DNA of 64,000 nucleotides from an uncultured Planctomycetia bacterium (GCA_964650515.1 CAZYUB010000008.1:16126-80125), one strand, 5' to 3'; positions 48,991 to 58,012 are shown, counted from the stretch's first letter. The notes: generated from the sequence alone by a model not told the origin. Numbers and translations: made by a program.

Positions 48991-50118
48991 TTAATTTATG
49001 TTTAACGGCAGGGTGAAACAAAAACGCGAACCCTTGCCCTTGCCTTCGCTTTCGAACCACATCCTGCCGCCGTGCAATTCGATGAACTTCTTGCTCAGCG
49101 GCATGCCGAGTCCGGTCCCGGCATACTTGCGCGAGTATTCACTGTCTATCTGCTCGAACTCCGAGAAGACCTTGCTCCTGTCCTTCTCGTCTATGCCGAT
49201 GCCGGTATCCGAGACGCATACGGATATCTCCTTATCTCCGGATTTGCGGGCGGTGATCCCTATCTTTCCCCCGTCGGGCGTGAACTTCATCGAGTTCGAC
49301 AGCAGGTTGAACACGACCTGCTTTACCTTCCTCTCGTCCGCCCGGATGACGCCGATGCCTTCTTCTATGCCGGTCGAGAGCGCAATGCCGTGTTTGGCCG
49401 CCTTTTCCTTAATGAATACCAGGCTTTTTTCGAGCAAGGCCTTAAGGTCGAAATCGCTTAGTTCAAGCGCCATCTTCCCTGATTCGACCTTCGAGAGGTC
49501 AAGTATATCGTTAATGAGCGAGAGCAGGTGTTTGCCGCTCTCATGTATGTAATCTATATATTCTTTTTGTTTTCCGTTCAGCGGGCCTACGCCCTCTTCC
49601 TTGATAAGTTCGGAGAAGCCGATTATCGCGTTAAGCGGCGTCCTCAATTCATGTGACATGTTAGCGAGGAACGAGCTCTTCGCCTTATTCGCGCTCTCCG
49701 CCGCCTCCTTCGCCTTCAGTATCTCCTCTTCCGCCTGCTTCAGCCGGGTTATATTGTTGCCTATGCAGAATATCTCCCTGACGCGCCCGTCCTCGTCGAG
49801 GATCGACTTATTCGTCCACGCTATCCATACGCGCGCCCCGCTGCGCTGCATGTTCTCGTTCTCGTTATTCACGTAGCTCGAAGGATGGAGCGCCATATCG
49901 TCTATCATCGCCTTGAGGTCGCGTCCGGACGTATCGGTGGGGGCTACTATCGTGCCGACGACGTTCTTTCCTATTATCTCTTCGCGCCTGTACCCGAAGA
50001 AATCCTCGGCGTACCTGTTGAAATACGTGACGTTGCCCTTCATATCCATGCGCAGGATGATGCTGTTCGCGTTCTCTACGAGGTCCTCATATTGTATTAC
50101 CGGGCCGCTCCCGCTCAT
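48991..50118 (-). CDS. cytoplasmic PAS-domain sensor histidine kinase
   Basis: PAS, then HisKA H-box (MSHELRTPLNAI), then HATPase N, G1 and G2 boxes. Confidence 0.9.
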   Translation of the reverse strand: MSGSGPVIQYEDLVENANSIILRMDMKGNVTYFNRYAEDFFGYRREEIIGKNVVGTIVAPTDTSGRDLKAMIDDMALHPSSYVNNENENMQRSGARVWIAWTNKSILDEDGRVREIFCIGNNITRLKQAEEEILKAKEAAESANKAKSSFLANMSHELRTPLNAIIGFSELIKEEGVGPLNGKQKEYIDYIHESGKHLLSLINDILDLSKVESGKMALELSDFDLKALLEKSLVFIKEKAAKHGIALSTGIEEGIGVIRADERKVKQVVFNLLSNSMKFTPDGGKIGITARKSGDKEISVCVSDTGIGIDEKDRSKVFSEFEQIDSEYSRKYAGTGLGMPLSKKFIELHGGRMWFESEGKGKGSRFCFTLPLNIN

Positions 50119-50492
50119 CCGTTTAAGTGGTCCTTTATTTTCTTTATAAGGCCTTTCGTGTCGATCGGCTTCGGTATGAAATCGTCGAACCCGGCCGCCC
50201 TTACGCGTTCCTCGTCCTCCCTCATGGCAGAGGCGGAGAGCGCGACAACCTTTACCTTACCCAGGCGGCTGTCTTCCCTTATTTTCCCGTACACTTCGAA
50301 CCCGTTCATCTTAGGCAGGTTTATATCAAGCAGTATAAGGTCCGGGACGTTTTCTTTCAACATCCCGATCGCGCCGCATCCGTCGACACAGCTTAACACA
50401 TTGAAACCGTTCATTTCAAGCAAGTCGACAGCCAGCCTCATGCTCAACGGCTCGTCCTCGACGACCATCACCGTTTTCTTAATGTCGGGCAT
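50115..50492 (-). CDS. single-domain response regulator (CheY-like)
   Basis: VEDEP...LLDINLPKMNG...KPI receiver motifs. Confidence 0.85.
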   Translation of the reverse strand: MPDIKKTVMVVEDEPLSMRLAVDLLEMNGFNVLSCVDGCGAIGMLKENVPDLILLDINLPKMNGFEVYGKIREDSRLGKVKVVALSASAMREDEERVRAAGFDDFIPKPIDTKGLIKKIKDHLNG

Positions 50493-50496
50493 CGGT

Positions 50497-51039
50497 TCAG
50501 TTTCCCCCTGCCAGGCCCTTCAGCAATCCCTCGATAGCGTCTATATCGGCATCCGCTATCCTGCCTGAACCGAAATAACGGACGGTCCCGCCCTTATCTA
50601 TGATGATGACGTTGCTGACGCCCTCTTTTGCCATATAATCCGCCGACATCTTTCCGTCCCAGTCGCCGTAGATCGTTATGCCTTCTTTCGCCGAGTTGTC
50701 CCGGAGGTTCTTCCTCCACGCCCCACCAAACAACACGCCCTTGCAATCGACGACCGCTATCCTGGTTATGCCGTCTTTTATGCCTTCGGGCTGCCTGTCG
50801 TAAAATTCGTTGAGAGCAGTCTTTAATTTGCGGTTCTGTTCCACGGCGTTCTTCGATTCATAGAACAATACGGCGGTCTTTCCTTTTATGTCATCCAATG
50901 TCAACGTCTTGTTATCTCCGGATATTACCTTGAAATCCGGGGCGGGATTCCCGGTAAGTGTGCCGCCTGCAATACAACAGGCCAGCGGCAATATTGCAAA
51001 GGCCATAAATAGGATTGCGGATATCAGGTTTCGTCTCAT
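50497..51039 (-). CDS. thioredoxin-fold lipoprotein, TlpA/AhpC-TSA-like but lacking a CxxC motif
   Basis: Lipobox LPLAC; NPAPDFKV TlpA-type entry motif; no redox cysteine pair. Confidence 0.5.
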   Translation of the reverse strand: MRRNLISAILFMAFAILPLACCIAGGTLTGNPAPDFKVISGDNKTLTLDDIKGKTAVLFYESKNAVEQNRKLKTALNEFYDRQPEGIKDGITRIAVVDCKGVLFGGAWRKNLRDNSAKEGITIYGDWDGKMSADYMAKEGVSNVIIIDKGGTVRYFGSGRIADADIDAIEGLLKGLAGGN

Positions 51040-51043
51040 GTAA

Positions 51044-52486
51044 TCAGGACAACCTTCCCAGGAGTTCCCGTAATGAAACCAGCGCTATAGCCGTCTGTTG
51101 GTCGGATAACGCGTACGGGATGATTAGCGCATCACCATGGAGTAAAGCACCGCATGAATATACCACGTTCGGGACATATCCGGAGCGGGTATCGTCCTCC
51201 CAATGGATAAGCGGCTCCTTCAACCTTCCGATCACTTTTGAAGGGTCATCGAGGTCGAGCAAAGCTGCGCCGATCGAATACTGGCACATCGGGCCGACTC
51301 CGTGGGTCAGCAGCAGCCACCCGCGGCCGGTCTCTATCGGTGAACCGCAATTGCCTATCTGCACGAACTCCCACGGGCATAAGGGCTCCATGATCGGGAC
51401 GGCTTCGTGCCAGAAATGTATATTGTCGGAATACATCAGGAAGAGCCTTTCATTATCGTTACGGGATATCATAGCATAAAGGCCGTTTATCCTGCGAGGG
51501 AACAGCGCCATGCCTTTGTTGACCGCCGCCTTGCCGTTCAGCGTGATCATTTTGAAGCGGATAAAATCTTCCGTCTCCATTATCTGCGGCAGTATTGCCC
51601 TTCCGTCATACGCCGTATAGGTGGCGTAGTACCTGCCTGTCCCGTCATCGTCCCTGAAGAACACGAAACGCGCGTCTTCCATCCCGTTCTGCTCGCTCGG
51701 TGAAAGCGGGAACAACACGCGTTCCGAAAGCGGCGACCCGCACATGAAGTCCGCCTCATAATTGCACCGGGCAAGCCAAAGTATCTTTTCGCAGGTTATC
51801 TTATCCGTATGCGCAAGCGGCTGGTGGCCGGCGATATATTCATTCGCCCTATCCTCGAGATGCCCCATCGTGAACTGGTCCTGGAGCGGCCCCGTAATGA
51901 ATCCTGAACAATCGTTTTCCAGCCCCATCTCAAAAAGTTTCCTGACAAAACATGCCTTATCGTACAGCGTATTTGGTCTCGGTTCCGCGATACAAGCGAG
52001 GCCTGAAGCTTCGTCTATTGCTACTGATCCGTCCCGGCCCGCGACTCCAGAGCGGAATGTCAGCGTGGATATATGCCCTTCACCCGTTGCGCGCAATGAA
52101 ATGATAAAACGCAGTGAACCCTCGGGGATCCCCGATTGGTCGGGGTGCGCTATAATAGACGGATTGAACAGGGCGGTTGATTCATACGAACGCTCTCCGA
52201 TGAAATATGCCCCGATAAGCAGCCTTTGCGTCCTTGATGGGGAGAAATCGGCAGGCATATGGGAACGGACGACCTCGAATTGGCGCTCGAGTATAGTTTC
52301 GAAATTATAGTGCCGCGCCGAAAAATCCTTTATTGTCTTCCCAAGCTCTTCATCCGCGGCAGGCGCGCCAAGCGCCATGACACGCGCGATTATTTTAGGC
52401 ACTCTCGACTGGTCGCCGGGAATATACGGCCTGATTATGACACGCTTGCTGTCGGGAACGATCGATACGCCTGCGTCCTTTATCAT
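51044..52486 (-). CDS. glycoside hydrolase family 130 (GH130)-like (DUF377) glycoside phosphorylase/hydrolase with ~200-aa N-terminal extension
   Basis: C-terminal GH130 signatures (YVPNVVYSCGALLHGDALIIPYALSDQQT, GSPIETGRGWLLLTHGVG). Confidence 0.7.
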   Translation of the reverse strand: MIKDAGVSIVPDSKRVIIRPYIPGDQSRVPKIIARVMALGAPAADEELGKTIKDFSARHYNFETILERQFEVVRSHMPADFSPSRTQRLLIGAYFIGERSYESTALFNPSIIAHPDQSGIPEGSLRFIISLRATGEGHISTLTFRSGVAGRDGSVAIDEASGLACIAEPRPNTLYDKACFVRKLFEMGLENDCSGFITGPLQDQFTMGHLEDRANEYIAGHQPLAHTDKITCEKILWLARCNYEADFMCGSPLSERVLFPLSPSEQNGMEDARFVFFRDDDGTGRYYATYTAYDGRAILPQIMETEDFIRFKMITLNGKAAVNKGMALFPRRINGLYAMISRNDNERLFLMYSDNIHFWHEAVPIMEPLCPWEFVQIGNCGSPIETGRGWLLLTHGVGPMCQYSIGAALLDLDDPSKVIGRLKEPLIHWEDDTRSGYVPNVVYSCGALLHGDALIIPYALSDQQTAIALVSLRELLGRLS

Positions 52487-54774
52487 TCTTCCAACGGCTC
52501 CTTGAGGCTCTCGAGGACATTTTCCATCTGCGTCATTTCCGTAAGGGATAAAAGGAACGAGAGGGTGGATTCTGCGCCCTGGTTGCGGTTCACCCTGTTT
52601 ATATGGAGGCCGTCACAGCAACCGCCCGTAACCGGATCATATAAGGAGATCCCGAGATCGTTGCTCCCGAGGAACCACTGGAAGACATTCAAGGCCTCCT
52701 CATACCACGCCTTATCCCTTGTCACGCGATAGGCGTCCAGGCATGCCGATACGGTGGAATAGGCCTCGACCGGCTGCTGGTCAAAAACGGGCTTTACCCC
52801 TCCCTTGCGGTATTCACCGTCGGTACCTACCGGCTGGAAATGGCCGCGCGGTGATGTCTGTACTTTTGTAAGCCATTTCAGGGACTCTATCCCTGACTTC
52901 AGCATCTCCGCGTTATCGAGATCGTGCCCGCTCAAAAGCAGCGCGTGGGGAAGCCTGGCGTCGCAATATGTAAGGGATTCCTCAAACCACCGCCATTCGT
53001 CGCTATTGTTTGCCTTATACAGGTCGTAAAGCCGTGACGCGAGCGTCTGCAGGCAGTTACGCGCAAGCCTGTCGCCGTGAAAACGCTGCAGGTATTCATG
53101 TATGCCGAGTAGCGTAAAAGCCCATGCCCTGGGAGATGTGAACGACAATGTGGGAGCAAGGGCCTTTTCAAAAATTTCTACCGACATCTGGGTGAACCCC
53201 TCGTTCTTGGACTGCCCTATGCAGGTACCGATAGCCCATATCGCCCTACCGTGGCAATCTTCGCTCGGCACCTCTTCCTTCCAGTTCCGCTGGAACGTCA
53301 GGAAATTCCTGAATCGCCCGGCGGACGGGTCCCACGCATACGTGACAAACCCGAGGTAGCGGCTCGCGAGGTCGTTTATCTTTACGGGATTTATCGAGCC
53401 GAGATTCTCGAGCAGGACGGCCAGGATCAGCGCGCGCGCGTTATCATCCGTGCAATAACCTTCGGAAAAATTCGGGACATTGAACGTGGCATGCTGGAAG
53501 ACGCCTATAGAATCGGTCATCCGTATCAGATGGTCGAGTTTTATATCCGGCAATACCGGATACTCGTGCTCGAGAGGGTGCATCGTTATCTTCTTCTGCG
53601 CGACAGAGGGGCGTTTTGTCTTTGCTTCCTCGAAGATCGACGCGTATTTCGACCCGGTTTTGCTCCATATCATATCGCGGCCGAGAAGATAAGCGTTCTT
53701 GCGCATCGCGTTGCGTTCATTATCATTGGCAATGAGCTTTGTTATCGCCTGGGCCGTCGCCTCCGGGTCGTTGAACGGCACGAGGATACCCCTGCCGTCG
53801 CTGAGCAGTTCGGCGGCATGCCAATACGGAGTGGAGATGACAGCGTTGCCTACCCCGAACGAATAAGCAAGCGTGCCGGAAGTTACCTGGGCCTCCTCAA
53901 GGTACGGAGTGATATAAATATCCGCGAGCACGAGCAATTCTTTAAGTTCTTCGGGAGAAACGAAATGGTTATGGAAGATCACGTTCCCGGATATCCCGAG
54001 TTCATCGCAAAGGATCTGCAGGGAAAGCCTGTAGGCCTCACCTTCATGCCTCAACAGGTTCGGATGCGTGGCGCCGACGATAATGTACACCACGTTCGGA
54101 TACTCCTTTATGACTTTCGGGAGCGCGCGCAGGACTACCTCTATCCCCTTTCGCGGCGAAAGCAACCCGAACGTCAGGATAGTCGTCTTGCCCTCGACCC
54201 CGTACTGGTCCTTATAAAAATTCGGGTCAATAAAAGACACGTCCGGTATACCGTGCGGGACCAGCCTTATCTTGGACTTTTGCGCCTTATTTACCGACTC
54301 AAGGATATCGACGGCCTTTTGCGTCATTACTATCACGCTGTCCGAGAGGCTGATCAGCTCATCCATGACACGTTTCTGGCGCGCGGACGGATTCTTCAAT
54401 ACAGTGTGCAGGGTCGTTATGACAGGCATATTCAACTGGCGCAATAAAGCCAGTATATAGCTGCCGTCGTTGCCTCCGAAGATGCCGAATTCATGCTGCA
54501 GGCAAACGACATCGACATTATTGAGGTTCAGGAAGTCCGCGGCCGCTTTATACGAGTCTATGTTCTGTTCTTTGATCTCGAAGCGAACGCGTTCAGGGTA
54601 ATCATAACCTTCCTCGATATCCGTGACCGGTATAGCGAATACCTGGACAGATGGGTTCAGGGCCGCGAACGCCTCGCAAATATCGGTGGTAAAAGTCGCT
54701 ATACCGCAGCGCCTCGGCAGGTAATTTCCTATAAACGCTATTTTTTTTATCTCGTTTGCCATTGCCCTTCCCAA
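52483..54774 (-). CDS. GT4 glycosyltransferase fused to a C-terminal ~370-aa alpha/alpha-toroid (six-hairpin glycosidase-like) domain
   Basis: N-terminal 390 aa: GT4 Rossmann pair with EX7E-like region. C-terminal domain rich in W/aromatic residues, GH63/GH15-like. Track start is TTG at 54774; ATG MANEIKK at 54762 is equally plausible. Confidence 0.7.
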   Translation of the reverse strand: MGRAMANEIKKIAFIGNYLPRRCGIATFTTDICEAFAALNPSVQVFAIPVTDIEEGYDYPERVRFEIKEQNIDSYKAAADFLNLNNVDVVCLQHEFGIFGGNDGSYILALLRQLNMPVITTLHTVLKNPSARQKRVMDELISLSDSVIVMTQKAVDILESVNKAQKSKIRLVPHGIPDVSFIDPNFYKDQYGVEGKTTILTFGLLSPRKGIEVVLRALPKVIKEYPNVVYIIVGATHPNLLRHEGEAYRLSLQILCDELGISGNVIFHNHFVSPEELKELLVLADIYITPYLEEAQVTSGTLAYSFGVGNAVISTPYWHAAELLSDGRGILVPFNDPEATAQAITKLIANDNERNAMRKNAYLLGRDMIWSKTGSKYASIFEEAKTKRPSVAQKKITMHPLEHEYPVLPDIKLDHLIRMTDSIGVFQHATFNVPNFSEGYCTDDNARALILAVLLENLGSINPVKINDLASRYLGFVTYAWDPSAGRFRNFLTFQRNWKEEVPSEDCHGRAIWAIGTCIGQSKNEGFTQMSVEIFEKALAPTLSFTSPRAWAFTLLGIHEYLQRFHGDRLARNCLQTLASRLYDLYKANNSDEWRWFEESLTYCDARLPHALLLSGHDLDNAEMLKSGIESLKWLTKVQTSPRGHFQPVGTDGEYRKGGVKPVFDQQPVEAYSTVSACLDAYRVTRDKAWYEEALNVFQWFLGSNDLGISLYDPVTGGCCDGLHINRVNRNQGAESTLSFLLSLTEMTQMENVLESLKEPLEE

Positions 54775-54806
54775 AACAAAAAACCACCTGATCTTATATC
54801 AGATGG
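54771..54806 (-). terminator. intrinsic terminator or attenuator hairpin (CCAUCUGAU-AUAAG-AUCAGGUGG followed by UUUUUUGUUUU), 12 nt before the GT4-fusion start
   Basis: 9-bp stem including one G.U pair, then a U-tract. Confidence 0.65.
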
Positions 54807-54838
54807 CGGCCCGACCATCATAAAGCTCCTCCGGAAGT
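54797..54838 (-). repeat. conserved leader module copy 2 (TTCCGGAGGAG-N6-ATGATGGTCGGGCCGCCATCT) in the GT4-fusion 5' leader
   Basis: See copy 1; here the core overlaps the 5' arm of a 9-bp terminator hairpin. Confidence 0.7.
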
Positions 54839-54883
54839 ATTCGGGCTATCTCCGGACCCTTTATCATTTTCGCATACTTAAAG

Positions 54884-54912
54884 AGTATAACTGACTTTAA
54901 CCTATTATTCAA
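54884..54912 (-). promoter_or_regulatory. sigma70-type promoter of GT4-fusion leader (TTGAAT-17-TATACT)
   Basis: Hexamers and spacing. Confidence 0.5.
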
Positions 54913-54921
54913 CAGATATAA

Positions 54922-56535
54922 TCAGGTTATAGCCACAACGCATTTGCCCGCCGCTTTATCGGACAGGTATTCGTCATATGTTATGCCGGAACGGTCGATA
55001 AAACCGTCCGCCGTGATCTCGATGATGCGGTTAGCCACCGTCTGGATGAGCTGGTGGTCATGCGAAGCGAAGAGCAGGGTCCCCTCGAACTTCTCGAGCC
55101 CCTTGTTCAGGGCCTCGATCGATTCCAGGTCCAGGTGGTTCGTCGGCTGGTCAAGGATCATGACGTTAGGCTGGGCGACCATCATGCGCGACAACATGCA
55201 CCTGACGCGCTCGCCGCCTGATAAGACCCTTACCTGTTTTAGGGATTCGTCCCCGGAAAAAAGCATGCGCCCCAAAAATCCGCGTACAAAACCCGGATCG
55301 GTATCATCCGAATACTGGCGAAGCCAATCGATAAGGTTGCTGTCCGAATCGAAATATTTGGAGTTATCCTTCGGATAATACGCCAGGTTGACCGAGGCTC
55401 CCCACCTAAAACTGCCGCCGTCCGGCTTCGCTTCTCCCGCGAGGGCCTGGAACAGGGTCGTATTAGCGAGGTCATCGGAACCGACAAAAGCGATCTTATC
55501 ACCCTTCTCGACGGTAAAGGTAAGGCCCTTGAACATGTCCAGCCCGTCAAGCGACCTTGATAGGTCATTGACGGCAAGGACGTTGTTCCCCGCCTCGCGC
55601 GACTGTTCAAAATTTATGTACGGGCTCCGCCTTGAGGAAGGCACGATATCTTCGAGGGTAAGCTTTTCCAGGATCTTTTTGCGGCTTGTCGCCTGCTTCG
55701 CCTTGGAAGCGTTGGCGCTAAAACGGGCTATAAAACTTTTGAGCTCCTCCCGCTTCCTTTCGATCTTCTTGTTCGCCTCTATGCGCTGCCTGAGGATGAG
55801 CTGTGTTGATTCCATCCAAAAAGTGAAATTTCCAGGGTACAGCTGGATCTTGCCGTAATCGATATCGGCGATGTGCGTGCAGACCTTATCCAGGAAATGG
55901 CGGTCATGGGAGACGACGATCGCGGTATTCTTGAAATTCGACAAAAAATTCTCAAGCCACATACAGTTCTCGATATCAAGGTGGTTCGTGGGCTCATCAA
56001 GAAGCAGTACATCGGGGTTGCCGAACAGGGCCTGGGCCAGCAGGACGCGCACCTTCTGCCCCTCTTCCAGCTGTCTCATCTCGACCCCGTGGAACTCTTC
56101 CGTGATACCGAGGTCGCTTAACAACTTTGCCGCGTCAGATTCGGCGTTCCATCCGTCCAGCATGGAGAACTCCGCCTCAAGATCTGCGAGCTCCATCCCC
56201 TCCTTATCGGAAAAATCCTTCTTGGCGTGGAGCGCCTCTTTTTGCTCTATGATATCGTAGAGCCTCTTATGGCCCATGATGACTGTGGCCAAGGCCGTGG
56301 ATCCGTCGAAAGCGAACTGGTCCTGCCTCAGGACCGCGATCCGCTCTCCCGGAGTTACCGAGACCTCGCCCGCGGTTGATTCCAATTCTCCGGAGAGTAT
56401 CTTCAAGAACGTGGATTTCCCGGAGCCGTTGGCCCCTATCAGCCCGTAGCAATTCCCGGGAGAAAATATTATATTAACGTCGGAAAATAGTTTCCGCGCG
56501 CCAAAATGCAGTGATATGCCGTTTGCCGAGATCAT
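54922..56535 (-). CDS. ABC-F family ATPase (two ABC domains, no TMD; YbiT-like)
   Basis: Two Walker A (GANGSGKST, GSDDLANTT-degenerate), two LSGGE signatures, inter-domain linker. Confidence 0.85.
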   Translation of the reverse strand: MISANGISLHFGARKLFSDVNIIFSPGNCYGLIGANGSGKSTFLKILSGELESTAGEVSVTPGERIAVLRQDQFAFDGSTALATVIMGHKRLYDIIEQKEALHAKKDFSDKEGMELADLEAEFSMLDGWNAESDAAKLLSDLGITEEFHGVEMRQLEEGQKVRVLLAQALFGNPDVLLLDEPTNHLDIENCMWLENFLSNFKNTAIVVSHDRHFLDKVCTHIADIDYGKIQLYPGNFTFWMESTQLILRQRIEANKKIERKREELKSFIARFSANASKAKQATSRKKILEKLTLEDIVPSSRRSPYINFEQSREAGNNVLAVNDLSRSLDGLDMFKGLTFTVEKGDKIAFVGSDDLANTTLFQALAGEAKPDGGSFRWGASVNLAYYPKDNSKYFDSDSNLIDWLRQYSDDTDPGFVRGFLGRMLFSGDESLKQVRVLSGGERVRCMLSRMMVAQPNVMILDQPTNHLDLESIEALNKGLEKFEGTLLFASHDHQLIQTVANRIIEITADGFIDRSGITYDEYLSDKAAGKCVVAIT

Positions 56536-56561
56536 CTTCCGCTATCCTCAATATTAGGGAT

Positions 56562-56590
56562 AAAAAAAGGCCCTGTTATATAACAGGGCC
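56562..56590 (-). terminator. rho-independent terminator (GGCCCUGUUA-UA-UAACAGGGCC followed by U7) inside the ABC-F 5' leader
   Basis: Perfect 10-bp stem followed by TTTTTTT on the coding strand. Confidence 0.8.
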
Positions 56591-56623
56591 TCGTTCAACC
56601 CATTCTCTTAATTCAATGTATGT

Positions 56624-56652
56624 ATTATACCGGATAATTTGCGTTTTTGCAA
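56624..56652 (-). promoter_or_regulatory. sigma70-type promoter upstream of the ABC-F leader (TTGCAA-17-TATAAT)
   Basis: Hexamers and spacing; lies upstream of the terminator at 56562..56590. Confidence 0.5.
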
Positions 56653-56689
56653 GGATAAGCAGCTATCTCTCCCGTTATCCGGCGGATCA

Positions 56690-57241
56690 TTACATAGAAG
56701 GGGAAGCGCTGAAACAGGCGTCATCAAAATAGCAGGACCCGCCGGTCTCTTTTTTAGGGGCCTGTATGACCACCTTTATCTTTGCTTTAGCGGCGCCTGA
56801 AGGCGCGGTGACTTCCGGAGTCGATAAGAGCGTCCAATCGTCGAGTGTGGAGGTAAGCGGAGGGCTCTTTATCGGATCGCTTATCGCGACGTCATCGGCG
56901 GTATACCATTCTATCTGTATCCACGCCTGGGAATCGCCGGAAAATGTGTCGCCGGGCTTACTGAAGGCGTAAACGCTCGCCGTATACTTCGTGCCGGGGG
57001 TCACCTTGACGTACTGCTCGAACAAACCGTCGCCATAATCCCATGCCCACGTCTTGCCGGATTGCCCGCCGCTCCTGAATGTCTGCGTATCATACGTGGC
57101 GTCTCCGTACAAACTCCATCCCGCCGGGTCTGTTTTCTCAAAACCGGGGTTAACGAGCAGGTTGGCTTCTTCGGCGGACGACAGCATATTGACGCAGCCC
57201 AGCGCGAAGACAAGCAAGCATATCGCATACGGCCTCTTCAT
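56690..57241 (-). CDS. secreted CBM4/9-like (NPGFE) carbohydrate-binding protein
   Basis: The track start at 57277 lies inside the predicted -10 element. Start moved to MKRPYAICLL (57241), which has a GGAGG RBS. Signal peptide; NPGFE...YFDD jelly-roll markers. Confidence 0.65.
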   Translation of the reverse strand: MKRPYAICLLVFALGCVNMLSSAEEANLLVNPGFEKTDPAGWSLYGDATYDTQTFRSGGQSGKTWAWDYGDGLFEQYVKVTPGTKYTASVYAFSKPGDTFSGDSQAWIQIEWYTADDVAISDPIKSPPLTSTLDDWTLLSTPEVTAPSGAAKAKIKVVIQAPKKETGGSCYFDDACFSASPSM

Positions 57242-57275
57242 TTTTCCTTCCCTCCTCTTATTACTGGTTGATTTC

Positions 57276-57330
57276 ATTATAAGTATAATGCCTTCCTATA
57301 TCAAGGGATTTCGGAAAATGTAGGGGGCAG
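57276..57330 (-). repeat. promoter cassette copy A (CCGAAATCCC-TTGATA-17-TATAAT) driving the CBM-like gene
   Basis: ~55 nt, ~80% identical to 62371..62425. Confidence 0.65.
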
Positions 57331-57379
57331 GGAAACCTGAACGTGCTATCCGGGCACGCTTTCGGCTGACCCTGCCCCG
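57324..57379 (-). terminator. GC-rich nested hairpin (GGGGCAGGG...CGUGC-UAUCCGG-GCACG...CCCUGCCCC) downstream of the PEP-CTERM gene
   Basis: 9-bp outer and 5-bp inner stems; only a weak U-tract. Confidence 0.4.
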
Positions 57380-57393
57380 TCTCTTCCCCCGGG

Positions 57394-57975
57394 CTAGAAG
57401 GAAGTCCTTCTCCTTAATCCTAACAATCCGGCCAGGCCGGAACCGAGCAACAGGATACTTGCGGGTTCCGGGACCGCCTCAAAACCTGCGTCATCGAAGT
57501 AGACATCGTTGGAGCTCTGGCTTCCCGGAGCCAACAGCACATAGGCGACTTTAGCCGTGGTAACGCCTTCCGGCGCGACAATCCACGGGGTCTCGTAGTA
57601 TGACCAATCGGTGTTCGCGGCTGTCAGCTTGGCGCTTTCTATTGCCGTACCGGCGCCGTCCCACTGGAACTGTATCCAGGCGCTGCCGGTATCCAAACCT
57701 GAGGATTTCAGGTAACCGCTCGCCTTATAGGAGACTCCCGGAGTGACATCGACCGTCTGCTCGAACTTCCCGTCAACGTTGTCCCATGTCCAGGCATGCG
57801 CTGACTGCGCCCCGTTCGCCTTAATGTCAGTGACGTAGTTGCTGTCTCCCCAGTTGCTCCAGCCATTGCCGGTCTCAAAACCCGGATCGCTGAGCAGGTT
57901 AGCGGAAGCTGTTGACGGCACAGATATAGCCGCGGAAGCAATTATCACTAAGGCGACCAAATATAGTTTCTTCAT
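57394..57975 (-). CDS. secreted CBM4/9-like protein with C-terminal PEP-CTERM sorting signal; paralogue of 56690..57241
   Basis: SDPGFE...VYFDD; C-terminal VPEPASILLLGSGLAGLLGLRRR, which is PEP + TM + RRR. Confidence 0.8.
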   Translation of the reverse strand: MKKLYLVALVIIASAAISVPSTASANLLSDPGFETGNGWSNWGDSNYVTDIKANGAQSAHAWTWDNVDGKFEQTVDVTPGVSYKASGYLKSSGLDTGSAWIQFQWDGAGTAIESAKLTAANTDWSYYETPWIVAPEGVTTAKVAYVLLAPGSQSSNDVYFDDAGFEAVPEPASILLLGSGLAGLLGLRRRTSF

Positions 57976-58012
57976 CTTTCACCCCCTTTCCTTTAGGTTA
58001 TCCTTCATATAT

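Noticed and set aside
53251-54447. 398-aa plus-strand ORF
   Set aside because: Antisense to the GT4-fusion gene. Composition is typical of GC-rich antisense frames.
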